A DNA stretch of 63,365 nucleotides, the filler included, from Octopus bimaculoides (lineage: Eukaryota), in assembly GCF_001194135.2 (NCBI RefSeq). It is 6 parts of 5 records of this genome, joined end to end, with 100 filler letters (N's around TTAATTAATTAA, not from the genome) between each part and the next. Parts side by side here need not be neighbours in the genome. Positions count along the whole stretch, not along the records: positions 14,143 to 29,064 come from NC_068983.1; positions 29,165 to 38,588 come from NC_069005.1; 4 more parts are not named here. One strand, 5' to 3'. Under the pieces are notes generated by a model. The model was given only the letters and a program-made list of their open reading frames with translations, had not been told where the DNA came from and made no database searches. Position numbers and translations under genes: made by a program. Shown here piece by piece: positions 24,861 to 37,911 of the stretch. Each line of letters starts with the position of its first letter. Within the stretch, counting starts at the first letter, position 1.

Positions 24861-25068
24861 GTATTTGTGTCTGTGGTTGTCCATCCACCATCGCTTGACA
24901 ACCAATGTTGGTGTGTTGTCCCCGTAACTCAGCGGTTCGACTATAGAGACCGATGGAGTAAGTACTAGGCTTGCAAAGAATAAGTCCTGGGGCCGATTTG
25001 TTCGACTAAAGGCAGTGCTCCAGCATGGCCACATTCGAATGACTAAATCAAGTAAAAGAGTAAAAGAG
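23873..25068 (+). mobile_element. SINE family B split by a PLE insertion (head 23873-23985, tail about 24806-25068)
   Basis: Head ggcgcaggagtgg...gaaactgaaagaagcc and tail ...ccagcatggccacattcgaatgactaaatcaagtaaaagag. Confidence 0.75.
24072..24410 (+). mobile_element. Penelope-like ORF N-terminal fragment
   Basis: VVTKTPYLLSEAEHSLLSRVLRFIP...NEF...DIHNFVRRVRL...F...*PSQWTP...DHF...LNMS resembles the LS--E--LLS-GL-F-P...D---F-RR-RL...S-WTP...NLS pattern preceding PLE RT; runs into a gap. Confidence 0.7.
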
Positions 25069-26204
25069 CAATATGCAAATGTACCATATTTAGATTACTG
25101 ATGACAAGCATGTTGATAAATGTTAATTTAAAAGCTAAAACACGACTCAAACTTAAAGCACCACGCGGAGAGTGAATGCAGTTAATATGTTCAGAACAGT
25201 TTACGGCGTACACACTTACATATACGCCCGCGCACACGTACATATTCGTACATTCTGTAAATCAAAGTATTTAAATATGAGCTTCTAATACCGATCACTA
25301 GCAAGTCATGCCAAGGGTCCTCTACTAGCTACAACTGTCGAGGCACTCAGTTTACTCATCTGAATCAGTCTTGCTTAATAAAATCAGTCAGTTATGAATA
25401 CGAAGTCAGAGCAGTACTCCATAATAATGTAATCGAAGAGAGAAATTACATCGGTTTATGTGAAGGAAAAATTTAAATCAAGACACGAAAACCCTCAATC
25501 TTCTTGCCGACAGGTCAACGAAACTAAAACCATTAAGCTGTCTCATTTTATGGACTCTAAAGATCAACTACACACGACTTACAATCAAGTGGAACATCGT
25601 TCAGAAATCTACGCAGTACGTAAATGAATGAAAGATATGTGAACTATGTGTAACTGGAATAACGCTCATTTTTTTTAGATCCAAGAATACCACCGCACTC
25701 CATAATCCCAGGTCCGATGTTTGTGGCACATGTATGCACACGGGCGAATTTCTGTTGTCGAACTGGAGGACTCTCTCCGGATTGAGCAAGTGTCTCGTAG
25801 TATTGAACCTGATCGCTGATGGATGATTCTAAACCAGCTAGATGAATGATGATGCTAACCTACAAACGGGACGCAAATCTGTTTTCTTTTTAACTTCTTT
25901 CTTTTCTCCCTTTTCACCCTCTATATAGTTATAAAGCATAAATAATAGCTCGTAATTATATACTGTGTACATTAAACAATATGTAAGCAGACGCGTGAGT
26001 GTGTAGGCAAAGCGAATATCAAATGTTGAGCGTTCATAATCGAACATTAAAATAAAAAAAAAATCACAAAACAACAAGAGGATGTACATTTGGAACGTTG
26101 GAACGTATTACCTTGACGCACATTAGAGATGGAATAAAATGTGTGTATTCTTACGTTTCGAGCAAATCTTTTCGTCGGAGAGAGGAGAAATGAAAAGTCC
26201 AGGA

Positions 26205-26290
26205 AACTAAAGAAATCCCCGGAAAGCATGTTTGTGGTTACATGGCGGAAATGATCGGAAGTGGGTAGAGAGAGAAAAAGCGTTTTGCGA
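26205..26290. promoter_or_regulatory. Promoter-like CpG-enriched island with YY1-like and ETS-like motifs
   Basis: acATGGCGGaaatgatCGGAAGTGgg within unique CpG-rich sequence spanning about 25600-26500. Confidence 0.3.
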
Positions 26291-27195
26291 GGGACAGGGG
26301 AGTGCGAAGTTGGCAAGTGTGTATGTGTTATAGTATCTGGGTGTGCGTGTGTAGTTGTATTTATGTGAGGGATGTGTAAGGAAGTGTGTGGTGTCGACGA
26401 ACAAGTTTGTGGCCGACGTTCGATTCGCTGGTGAGAGGCAAGTGGCGACGTAAAAAGTGTGTGAGTGCACGGGTGTTGCTGTATATGTTTATGTAGTCAA
26501 AGTGATCAGAAATCTCTTAAAATTTATATGAACTGAACAATAACCATGCGTAAATTGTCAAAAAATCTTGTAAGGAGCACCATATTGTGCGCTGGAATAA
26601 TAACATCTTCAGTGCCTTCATACTTGTATTTCTTAATCTATTAGCTATGAAGGCGATGGTGATTTAAACACCGGATATGTCACATGCTTCTGTGGAGCCC
26701 TCCGAAATTTCTGCTGGACACTCTCGTAACACATTTAAGACAATGTCTTGTTCGTTTCATTGATGATATACCAATATAGATATACTCTGCTGCTGCTTTG
26801 AAAATCTGGTTCCAAAGTTGGAGATAATAAAAAGAAGGAAGAAGAAAAAAGACGGCTGACCAACTATGCGCACTCCATCAAATCGACTAACATATACGCC
26901 AAAAAGCGAAGCGAAAACAATGTCAAAATTAATGTCACAAGAGGTATATATCAGGTTACTTTAAAATAATATTCAGATCCAGGGAAATTATTTCTCAGTG
27001 AACAAACAAGTCGCACTTTCGAGTGACGAAAACGTTGCCACCATCATATTAGAAATAAAAGTTTTAGTTAAGTTTGGGGTCTTTGTCGGTTGCTCAAGGG
27101 CTAACTTCTGTTTCACGCTGTAGTTTCCGCAGACGATCTCAGATCAAAACACTTCCTATGCAAGTACATCTCTGTAAAACACACACACACACAAA

Positions 27196-27267
<72 letters not shown>

Positions 27268-27321
27268 CACAGAGACAAACACACACACATAGACATAGAC
27301 ACACACACACGCGCAGACACG

Positions 27322-27352
<31 letters not shown>

Positions 27353-28990
27353 GATAGAATGTATTGAATATCTTCGTCTGATTCTGTTATAGCTCTTCAT
27401 AGACTCACAGATTAAATGATCTAGCAATCTAATGAAGCACACTAACCTGAAACCACTAATTTCTATTTCTACAACGTCCAACTACGAAATATGGCTATTA
27501 AATAACTCTCACTTCTTGACCACGCTGAAACCAGACTGTTTGAAAAAAAATTTAGTATCCATAAATGTATAGTAGAATGTCGGTTAACTTCGTTTAATAT
27601 ACTAATACATTAATGTATAATTCATGGAAACAAAACAGTAAATTTACTATTGAAAATATTGATTGCAACAACAATATCTAAAAAACAATACAACGTTAAG
27701 TGTAACACAATCAACAAGGGAAAGAAACAACCATATAAATCATCTCAATCAATGTAAGTATAGAATCTCCAATAGCAGCACTTATAAAGTGAGAATTAGA
27801 GATTGCAGTGAAAGTCAGAAGAATGACATAGAAGATATTGCATCATGATAAGGAATTTAATAGCGGAAAGCCAATACCAAATATAGAAGCGATGTTGTTC
27901 AATAAAAGCGTAAATGTATATGAATGTGTGTATATAGATGTGTTGTTGTATATATAATTCTATGTCTTTAAACATCTTTATACAGAAAGATGGAGAGTAG
28001 TTTTAATTATACACATCTCATAACACACTATCATATATATGGAATTGCATATATATATATATATATATATATANNNNNNNNNNNNNNNNNNNNNNNNNNN
28101 NNNNNNNNNNNNNNNNNNNNNNNNNNNNNNNNNNNNNNNNNNNNNNNNNNNNNNNNNNNNNNNNNNNNNNNNNNNNNNNNNNNNNNNNNNNNNNNNNNNN
28201 NNNNNNNNNNNNNNNNNNNNNNNNNNNNNNNNNNNNNNNNNNNNNNNNNNNNNNNNNNNNNNNNNNNNNNNNNNNNNNNNNNNNNNNNNNNNNNNAAGAA
28301 AATTACTGTAGAAAAGACATATTATAAATGTGGCAACATTTCAAATCCAAGTGAGAGAGAGAATACATAAAAATCCAAATGTAAGGAAGAATACATAAGT
28401 CCATCTTGACATAGCCGAATCTATCAGGCTAGTAATTGATTCTAGACAAAAGTTTTAACCGTCTCAGATTTTATTGTTTCTTATCTAGTGGTGGTAGCAT
28501 AAGGGACAAATACTTCTAAAGAGAGGGAAGGTGTAAGCAGTATGCATGGACAAGGCTATAAAATGTATTAGAATATAAAGGTTTCACTGGTCATAGTAGT
28601 ATCAGGTCATTTTACTACTATCAAAGTGTTGAGTAATTAATGTTGAGGAATTACAACCCTAGGTATATGGGTCAAATAGGTTTTTTTTTCTTTTAGTCTG
28701 AATAGAGTAACAGTATAGTGGTACAAACAACAACAATACTCTAACCAATATTATCACAATAAGAGGTATGTTAATAAAATAAATAAAATGAGATGTAATT
28801 ATTTTCCACAAAAATCATGAAATAATGTCAGTATTGAATTCAGGGGCTCTGGATAGGGTGTAAAATTTAAGGATATTAAGTATATTGGGTTCATGAAAAC
28901 TATTTTGAATTATCTTAAAACAAATTTTAGCTGAAGATAAGATAATGATACTATTTAGGAGACACATAGGTAAGTTTTATTTATACGATT

Positions 28991-29040
28991 GTCGTTCGCT
29001 GAAGAAGGGAAATAACCCTGAAACTCGAGTATGGCCGAAA
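28991..29040 (+). ncRNA. Minimal hammerhead ribozyme with intact core (PLE pLTR type)
   Basis: CTGAAGA (28999-29005), AGGG/CCCT helix II, GAAA (29020-23), C-TCGA-G helix III with palindromic loop, GTA cleavage triplet ending at 29031; helix I weak. Confidence 0.75.
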
Positions 29041-29673
29041 TAAGATTAAGATTAATGTAATATANNNNNNNNNNNNNNNNNNNNNNNNNNNNNNNNNNNN
29101 NNNNNNNNTTAATTAATTAANNNNNNNNNNNNNNNNNNNNNNNNNNNNNNNNNNNNNNNNNNNNGAGATAAAAAAAAATGTTCTGAAAACTATTCACAGC
29201 TTTGGAATTTTTAAAACTCATTCTGTTATTTTTTTATATATATACATATATATATATGCGATATGTGATACGATGGATTTCATTACATTTTCTGTGTCCC
29301 AATTCACTCATGAGGCACTGGTCGCCTCGAGGCTACAGTAAAAGACACTTGCCAAGTAAAGAATAAATAGTTTTGAATGGTACAACAATGCACTATAATT
29401 CAAAAAAATGGACTATATACCTGTTGTAATTTAGTTATCCGTAGTCAGATGATATTTCGGAATATAATTCCTTCTTCAGATATTCTTAGATGGAGTCGCT
29501 GCTATAATCGGTTTTCCAACGACTTTTCTAGATTCCACGCAACAGAGCAGACCAGAAAGTAAGTGCTTGCGAAGCAAGCTTTTTAACCAATCAGTCACTC
29601 CTGCGCCTGTATATAAGAATCATATAATATAATATAAAAATAATACGACATAAAAATGTGTAATATACCAATA

Positions 29674-29711
<38 letters not shown>

Positions 29712-30716
29712 AGGTGATATTTATATCCAACTTAACATGGATGTCTTGTTGGAACATCGGGTACTGCGTTGTTAGCCTTGAGAGATCCTCTCGTCTAAGC
29801 GCTTGGTGAATAATATATATAATATGATATATTATAATGCATAAAATTAATATGGTTATATAGCATTATAATAAATAGTTACTGCTGAAAGACAATGGGA
29901 AATAAAATTAACATACCCTAGAAACAAACAGAAGAGAGTGACGAGCATAATGAGTACAGAAATATAATATAAAAATAATATAAAAAATATTATTCAAAAT
30001 AAATACGGGAATATTCTACGTTATTAACAGAAAATCAGATTGAGGGAACACAGGTAGATTAAAACAGTAATACAATTTGAAATAATATAAATAATGTTAT
30101 TATACACTGAAAATAGTGAAAAATTACAGAAAATATAACTGATTAAAGCGAATTATGGAAAACCATGAATGAATAGCTGAACAATAACAAAAGTATACAA
30201 AGGAAATGGTATAATTTTATATAGATTATACAATATTTTATCATTGTCATTGTTCTGTCACAGTTTTCCGAGCTGTTATTTTTCTCTCATTTAATTTATT
30301 TTTATTAATTAATTTCATTTTGGTTTCTACTATTTTCTATACAAATGAGTGATGCAAAAGTTTATATAACGCATATGCATAGAAAGCTATATATAATAAA
30401 TGCGGTATATTATATAATGAAAACGGAATTTAATAGAGACCAGAGTATAATTAAGTAACGAACGCCTGTTGAAAAATTGTTAAAAAAAAAGGCAAAAAAA
30501 AAGCAGAGAGAAATACAAACAAATATGGCGAGCATGATAACAATGACATAATATGAAATAATAATGTAGAAATATAAAGAGAAAAAAAAGAATAATTGGA
30601 AAGAAAAAGAAGAAAAATGGAATAAAATAAGGAAAACAAATAAAGAAAATGCAAAAACTAAAACGAAGACGACAAGAGGAAAAGGCTTCAATTTCTTCTT
30701 GATGTTGTTGTTGCTG

Positions 30717-30775
<59 letters not shown>

Positions 30776-32079
30776 TTTCTTCTTCCCCTCCTCCACCTCA
30801 TCATCCTCATGATCATCATCACATGTATGTACACGTTCGAGCGTGCACATNNNNNNNNNNNNNNNNNNNNNNNNNNNNNNNNNNNNNNNNNNNNNNNNNN
30901 NNNNNNNNNNNNNNNNNNNNNNNNNNNNNNNNNNNNNNNNNNNNNNNNNNNNNNNNNNNNNNNNNNNNNNNNNNNNNNNNNNNNNNNNNNNNNNNNNNNN
31001 NNNNNNNNNNNNNNNNNNNNNNNNNNNNNNNNNNNNNNNNNNNNNNNNNNNNNNNNNNNNNNNNNNNNNNNNNNNNNNNNNNNNNNNNNNNNNNNNNNNN
31101 NNNNNNNNNNNNNNNNNNNNNNNNNNNNNNNNNNNNNNNNNNNNNNNNNNNNNNNNNNNNNNNNNNNNNNNNNNNNNNNNNNNNNNNNNNNNNNNNNNNN
31201 NNNNNNNNNNNNNNNNNNNNNNNNNNNNNNNNNNNNNNNNNNNNNNNNNNNNNNNNNNNNNNNNNNNNNNNNNNNNNNNNNNNNNNNNNNNNNNNNNNNN
31301 NNNNNNNNNNNNNNNNNNNNNNNNNNNNNNNNNNNNNNNNNNNNNNNNNNNNNNNNNNNNNNNNNNNNNNNNNNNNNNNNNNNNNNNNNNNNNNNNNNNN
31401 NNNNNNNNNNNNNNNNNNNNNNNNNNNNNNNNNNNNNNNNNNNNNNNNNNNNNNNNNNNNNNNNNNNNNNNNNNNNNNNNNNNNNNNNNNNNNNNNNNNN
31501 NNNNNNNNNNNNNNNNNNNNNNNNNNNNNNNNNNNNNNNNNNNNNNNNNNNNNNNNNNNNNNNNNNNNNNNNNNNNNNNNNNNNNNNNNNNNNNNNNNNN
31601 NNNNNNNNNNNNNNNNNNNNNNNNNNNNNNNNNNNNNNNNNNNNNNNNNNNNNNNNNNNNNNNNNNNNNNNNNNNNNNNNNNNNNNNNNNNNNNNNNNNN
31701 NNNNNNNNNNNNNNNNNNNNNNNNNNNNNNNNNNNNNNNNNNNNNNNNNNNNNNNNNNNNNNNNNNNNNNNNNNNNNNNNNNNNNNNNNNNNNNNNNNNN
31801 NNNNNNNNNNATTAATTACAAGCCGAGCATTGCGACTGATATAACCGACTGACCCCCATCCCCAACCCCAACCCCAACCCCCGGGAAATATCAGGCCTTG
31901 TATGCCTATAATAGAAAACATTATTATTTGAATGTCTGGAGTATCAAAACATACGTCACCAGAGGAAAAAAAAATGTTATGGCACGGTAGACGCAAGACG
32001 CCCGAATAGAAGAGGCCAGATAACACTCTACGGCTACGCACGTGAGTGAGGATCTGCTCCTCATACTAGGTTATCTTGG

Positions 32080-32735
32080 CTGCAAGGTAGTTAAAAATCA
32101 TCTCACACTCCTTGAATTTATCATACTCCAAAATACCCAGATACTTATATCCATCCGTCTCAACCTATTTGATTCTGTCGCCGTTGGGTAGTTCTAGACC
32201 GTGAGATGACACTATGTAGCCTTTTTTTTTATTGAATCCTAAAGGACATTGGCGCGCAATATCAATTATATAGAACGTAATGCATCTTGTTAACGTGATG
32301 CATCTGTTATGCTCTAGCACCTTTTCTGTTTGGATTGAGAAGTCCCAGAGAATTTTGCAAGTCTCCCTTTCCGCCACTCTCTGCGGTTTGTACTCATACC
32401 ACGTCTGGCCTCTCTCTAGCCCCCCCCACCCACTTGTCGTACACAGTTTCCAATATAGCACGTTCTCTACCTCATCGTGTCGCCACAACTTGCAGTGGTT
32501 TTGAGCAAGTCTAGGGCATTCGTTCGTGATTTCGGCAATGGTTTCGTCCACCCTATAACAGATGCGGCATAGCGGAGACACTTGCTCATTCCTACGTTTG
32601 ACGCTCCAATTCGTGGCCAAAACTTGGTCTTGCGCTGCCAGTACAGCGCTCTCAGTTTCTTTTTCCAATGTTACTTTCTTCAGCCATTCCCACCTGTCTT
32701 TTCCAGCAACTTCAGTTGTGGCTTCATGGAAACGG
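32080..32735 (-). mobile_element. R4/Dong-like (RLE) non-LTR retrotransposon fragments
   Basis: WEWLKKVTLEKETESAVLAAQDQVLATN, SPLCRIC..DETI, RHDEV, ILWDFSIQTEK, IDIA; followed by GLELPNGDRIK*VETDGYKYLGILE (RT domain 7). Confidence 0.85.
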
Positions 32736-32785
32736 ACTTGTCCCCTCCCACAAAATTTCAAACCTTGTGCCTTCATTAGAAAGGA

Positions 32786-32802
32786 TTATTATTATTATTA
32801 CA

Positions 32803-32870
<68 letters not shown>

Positions 32871-32888
32871 TACTACTACTACTACTAC

Positions 32889-32954
<66 letters not shown>

Positions 32955-32974
32955 TTTTATTATTATTATTATTA

Positions 32975-33059
<85 letters not shown>

Positions 33060-33375
33060 TTATATTGTTGTTGTTGCTGTTGCTGTTGCTGTTGTTATTA
33101 TTATTGTTATTACCCTGATTATCACAACTATCAAATTTATAAATATCATCATCATTCTTACCATCAGTATGATTATATTCATCATCACCACCATCACCAC
33201 CACTACTACCATCATCATCACCATCGTCGTCGTCGTCGTCATCATCATCATCATTATCATTAACATCATCATAGATATCATCACCATCATCGTCGTCATC
33301 GTCGTCGTCGTCGTCGTCATCATTATCATTATCATCATTAACGCCATCATAGATGTCATCATCATCATCATCATC
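32786..33375. repeat. Compound trinucleotide array (ATT/ACT/GTT/ATC/GTC)
   Basis: Direct reading. Confidence 0.95.
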
Positions 33376-33500
33376 ACATCAAAGCGCCACTGTTAATGAC
33401 GTTAAAGAAGAGAGCGGCTGAACGGTAAAGTTTATGCCTATCGTAAATCAACTGGGAATTGAAACGGATGTCGATACGTCTGCAACCACAGAAGCAACAT

Positions 33501-33559
<59 letters not shown>

Positions 33560-33560
<1 letters not shown>

Positions 33561-33830
33561 CGAAAATGTGATGCACTCACAAGCATTTAAGAAACAAGAT
33601 GAAGAAGGAAAATTAAGCAGTTTGGAAAACGAAATCACTGAATGGGCAAATACCGCAGAGAAATCGAAGGAAAAGACAAGACCAGCATTTGGGGATGGCT
33701 AAGAAAAAGGGATCTGAAAGGATGCACCGAGGCATTGATATGCAACGCCTAACAATAAGCTCTGAGAACTAATTACACCATGTTCCAAATAGATAAGAGC
33801 AGCGAATCGCTTCTTTATAGGCGATTCATG
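33560..33830 (+). mobile_element. Second R4/Dong-like RLE fragment
   Basis: IWGWLRKRDLKGCTEALICNA*Q*ALRTNYTMFQIDKSSES. Confidence 0.8.
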
Positions 33831-34609
33831 AGAATGATTCGTCATGAGATTGAAGGCAACGGAACATCGGGTCCAAATCAAAGAACAAGGAACTGCACCC
33901 TAAGACACGGGGCTCGAATGAATAATATCTGTAATGATGTTGACTGTTGACTCATAGTTACCTTCTTGGCACAATGTGAGCACGTAGCCAACACAACTTT
34001 GGCAGATATTTCTTGAAAATACCAGCAGAATTTTGTAATCAGGTGAGGTGGACGTGTCTCGAAGAAAAAATACCAAATTAAGGAAATAACAACATATGTC
34101 CTCTAATGAAATATTGAAAATAGAGACTGAATATCACATTCACTGAAATACAATGACTACAATATTGAGTCTCAGAAATTCAGTTTTCTATTAAATTTTC
34201 TATTTTTCCATACTTTTACACATCTACAATATGGCTATCGAGTCTAATACAGAAAACTATTTGTCTGATAATGTAAAAAAATAAAGAAGATAGTGTTCCC
34301 TGGTGGCCGGTAATTGTAAGGGAGATAATCATTTCAAGATAAATCCTGGCGTGATTAGAAGTCGGAATAGTAAATCGAAGAACAAGAAAGAAAAGTCGTA
34401 CAAAATATATATATATAATTAACAGAATGAGATAAAAATCCAAGGCTGTGAAAGATTTCAGAGNNNNNNNNNNNNNNNNNNNNNNNNNNNNNNNNNNNNN
34501 NNNNNNNNNNNNNNNNNNNNNNNNNNNNNNNNNNNNNNNNNNNNNNNNNNNNNNNNNNNNNNNNNNNNNNNNNNNNNNNNNNNNNNNNNNNNNNNNNNNN
34601 NNNNNNNNN

Positions 34610-34648
<39 letters not shown>

Positions 34649-34725
34649 CAGAATGAGATAAAAATCCAAGGCTGTGAAAGATTTCAGAGCATTTATAAAG
34701 AGAGGGTCTTACAACTGTTTATGTT
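34610..34725 (-). mobile_element. PLE pLTR 3' end of the same family as 22300-22385
   Basis: rc aaacagttgtaagaccctctctttataaatgctctgaaatctttcacagcc...atctcattctg then (TA)n. Confidence 0.7.
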
Positions 34726-34752
34726 TACGTCATCATGCTACAAGTTGCCTCA

Positions 34753-34885
34753 AATCTCTGTTATTGAGCAGAATATTTGCTGTAGCCCATCTTTTTATAC
34801 CAAGACTAAACAACGTACAAGATAACACTTCCAATCAATTAAAATCAGAAGCCATGAGAGCCACTGCCTGGTACTGCATCTGGGC

Positions 34886-34951
<66 letters not shown>

Positions 34952-34970
34952 CATCATTATTATTATTATT
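34753..34970 (+). mobile_element. 5'-truncated retroposed 3' end with (TTA)n tail
   Basis: Unique 135 bp followed by a long (TTA)n; region bracketed by a 23-bp direct repeat. Confidence 0.45.
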
Positions 34971-35084
34971 ATTCATGTACACTCATCAGATTAGACGGTT
35001 GAAAAAAAAAAGAATCCTATCATCATGCTACAAGTTGCCTCAGATGCCAAGAACCCTCCTATTGGGTTACAGCAAGTAAACTAT

Positions 35085-35088
35085 TGCT

Positions 35089-35156
<68 letters not shown>

Positions 35157-35198
35157 TATTATTTTTATTTTTATTATTATTATTATTAAAATATAAAA

Positions 35199-35247
<49 letters not shown>

Positions 35248-35870
35248 TATTATTATTATTATTGTTTCCAGCATACGTTATTATGTATTCATATATTCCT
35301 GCTCCTCCTCCTCCTCCTCATCATCATCACTATCATCATCATCACTATCATCATCATCACCGACATGATCGTTATCAATTCCACCAAGTCACTATCATTA
35401 CAACCACCTCCACCACATACACCGGCGTCATTATTACCATAATCCCTGCCAACACCACCAACACCAATAACAACAACAATAACAACACTAACTACAGCAA
35501 CGCTACCGTCATCACTATCACTCGAATCCACCACCACCCCAACCACGACCACCTCGCCTATCATCCCCGACCATTATTATCAATGCCATGATCATTATCA
35601 TTACGGTTTTACCATCCATAATATATTATTGAACTGTTACCATTCTGTAAAGTGCCAACGACCGCAGCGCAATGGTAAAAAAAAAAACAAAAACAACATC
35701 GATAACCAATCGATATGATAATTAATGTATGCCACATCATTTTTGCTATCGACATCATCGCCAATATCATCATCATCACCACCACCACCACCACCACCAC
35801 CACCACGGGCAAAACCGCCGCCGGCAACGGCACCGCTGGCCTCACTACCACCACCGCCACCGGCGGTCAT
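35085..35870. repeat. Compound (ATC)/(AAT)/(ACC)/(GCC) trinucleotide field
   Basis: Direct reading. Confidence 0.9.
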
Positions 35871-36078
35871 GCTGGAGCATCACCTTGAAAGGATTTAATC
35901 GAACAAATCGACCCCAGGGCTTATTCTTTGTATCAGTCTCTTTATGCCGAACTCCTATGTTTGGGGGAAAAGGGGTATTAGCCGATTACATCGACCCCCA
36001 GTGTTCAACTGGTACTTGTTTCATCGACCCTGAAAGGATTGAAAAATCAAAGTCGACCTCGGCGGAATTCGAACTCAG
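35870..36078 (-). mobile_element. Partial SINE B tail joined to a partial SINE A
   Basis: catgctggagca...aaatcgaccccagg then acatcgacccccagtg...gtcgacctcggcggaattcgaactc. Confidence 0.7.
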
Positions 36079-36621
36079 NNNNNNNNNNNNNNNNNNNNNN
36101 NNNNNNNNNNNNNNNNNNNNNNNNNNNNNNNNNNNNNNNNNNNNNNNNNNNNNNNNNNNNNNNNNNNNNNNNNNNNNNNNNNNNNNNNNNNNNNNNNNNN
36201 NNNNNNNNNNNNNNNNNNNNNNNNNNNNNNNNNNNNNNNNNNNNNNNNNNNNNNNNNNNNNNNNNNNNNNNNNNNNNNNNNNNNNNNNNNNNNNNNNNNN
36301 NNNNNNNNNNNNNNNNNNNNNNNNNNNNNNNNNNNNNNNNNNNNNNNNNNNNNNNNNNNNNNNNNNNNNNNNNNNNNNNNNNNNNNNNNNNNNNNNNNNN
36401 NNNNNNNNNNNNNNNNNNNNNNNNNNNNNNNNNNNNNNNNNNNNNNNNNNNNNNNNNNNNNNNNNNNNNNNNNNNNNNNNNNNNNNNNNNNNNNNNNNNN
36501 NNNNNNNNNNNNNNNNNNNNNNNNNNNNNNNNNNNNNNNNNNNNNNNNNNNNNNNNNNNNNNNNNNNNNNNNNNNNNNNNNNNNNNNNNNNNNNNNNNNN
36601 NNNNNNNNNNNNNNNNNNNNN

Positions 36622-36653
<32 letters not shown>

Positions 36654-37014
36654 AGCGCATAATGTAAAAAGAAACAGTTGGTCTTCTTATTATAACATCA
36701 TTATATAACATTTATACGTGTTTTGCGAGCGAATTCTTGTACGTTGCGTGCTAATCGTTACTTAAATGATCGCATAATGATATTGATATGCGAGATCTGA
36801 TGAAGAAAATATAATTTCGTCGGCTGCTACTTACCAACGTTAGTTGGATGTGTGTGTTATTGATTTACACGGAGTTTTAAGCATTGGTTAACCGTCGTAT
36901 CTTATTCGATATAGCATTTCCTCAACACATACATAAATACATATACAAACCTAAAAATACTCGGTTTCACGGAAAAAGAGCAAAAGAGGCTGACGCGGAT
37001 TCTCCAAATGTATA

Positions 37015-37305
37015 TAGGAGCACTCCGTCGGTTACGACGACGAGGGTCCCAGCTGATCCAATCAACGGAACAGCTTGCTCGCGAAATTAACGTGCAAGGG
37101 ACTGAAAAATCCACAGGCACGTGTACTCCTAATGTAGTTCTCTGGGAGATTCAGCGTGACAAAGCTGGCCCTTTGAAATACAGGTACTACTCATTTTTTG
37201 CCAGTTGAGTGCACTGGAGCAACGTGAAATAAAGTGTCTTGCTCAAGGACAAAACGCTTCACCGGGAATTGAACTCACGATCGTGAGACGAATGCCCTAA
37301 CCACT
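37015..37305 (-). mobile_element. Chimeric SINE: family D head/body with family C tail
   Basis: 37200-37305 matches the 8880-8930 central domain; 37015-37190 matches the tail at 15240-15420. Confidence 0.8.
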
Positions 37306-37612
37306 NNNNNNNNNNNNNNNNNNNNNNNNNNNNNNNNNNNNNNNNNNNNNNNNNNNNNNNNNNNNNNNNNNNNNNNNNNNNNNNNNNNNNNNNNNNNNNN
37401 NNNNNNNNNNNNNNNNNNNNNNNNNNNNNNNNNNNNNNNNNNNNNNNNNNNNNNNNNNNNNNNNNNNNNNNNNNNNNNNNNNNNNNNNNNNNNNNNNNNN
37501 NNNNNNNNNNNNNNNNNNNNNNNNNNNNNNNNNNNNNNNNNNNNGATAATGACATTAAAAGATATTCACTTAATCTAATGATATATTGCACGATGACAGC
37601 TGCTGCTTCTGC

Positions 37613-37647
<35 letters not shown>

Positions 37648-37879
37648 ACATCTATTGTTGCTTATGTAGTTGTTATTGTTGTTTGTTTTTCCATCTCAAC
37701 TTCTTTCCTATGCGTCTCTCTTTCTCAACTACCTTCTATTTCTTCTTTTTCTTCATCTTCTTCTTCGTCTTCTTCGTCTTCTTCTTCTTTTTCTTCTTCT
37801 TCTTCTTCGTCTTCTTCTTCTTCTTCTTCTTCGTCTTCTTCGTCTTCTTCTTCTTCTTTTTCTTCTTCATACTTCTTCT

Positions 37880-37911
<32 letters not shown>

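Noticed and set aside
32776-32800. (ATT)n next to the RLE fragment as evidence of Dong-type TAA targeting
   Set aside because: The tract follows a SINE A tail (ccc..aaaatttcaaaccttgtgcc..agaaagg) and belongs to that SINE.
34404-34690. 57-bp direct repeat either side of a gap
   Set aside because: Probably an unmerged contig overlap, although a tandem pLTR cannot be excluded.
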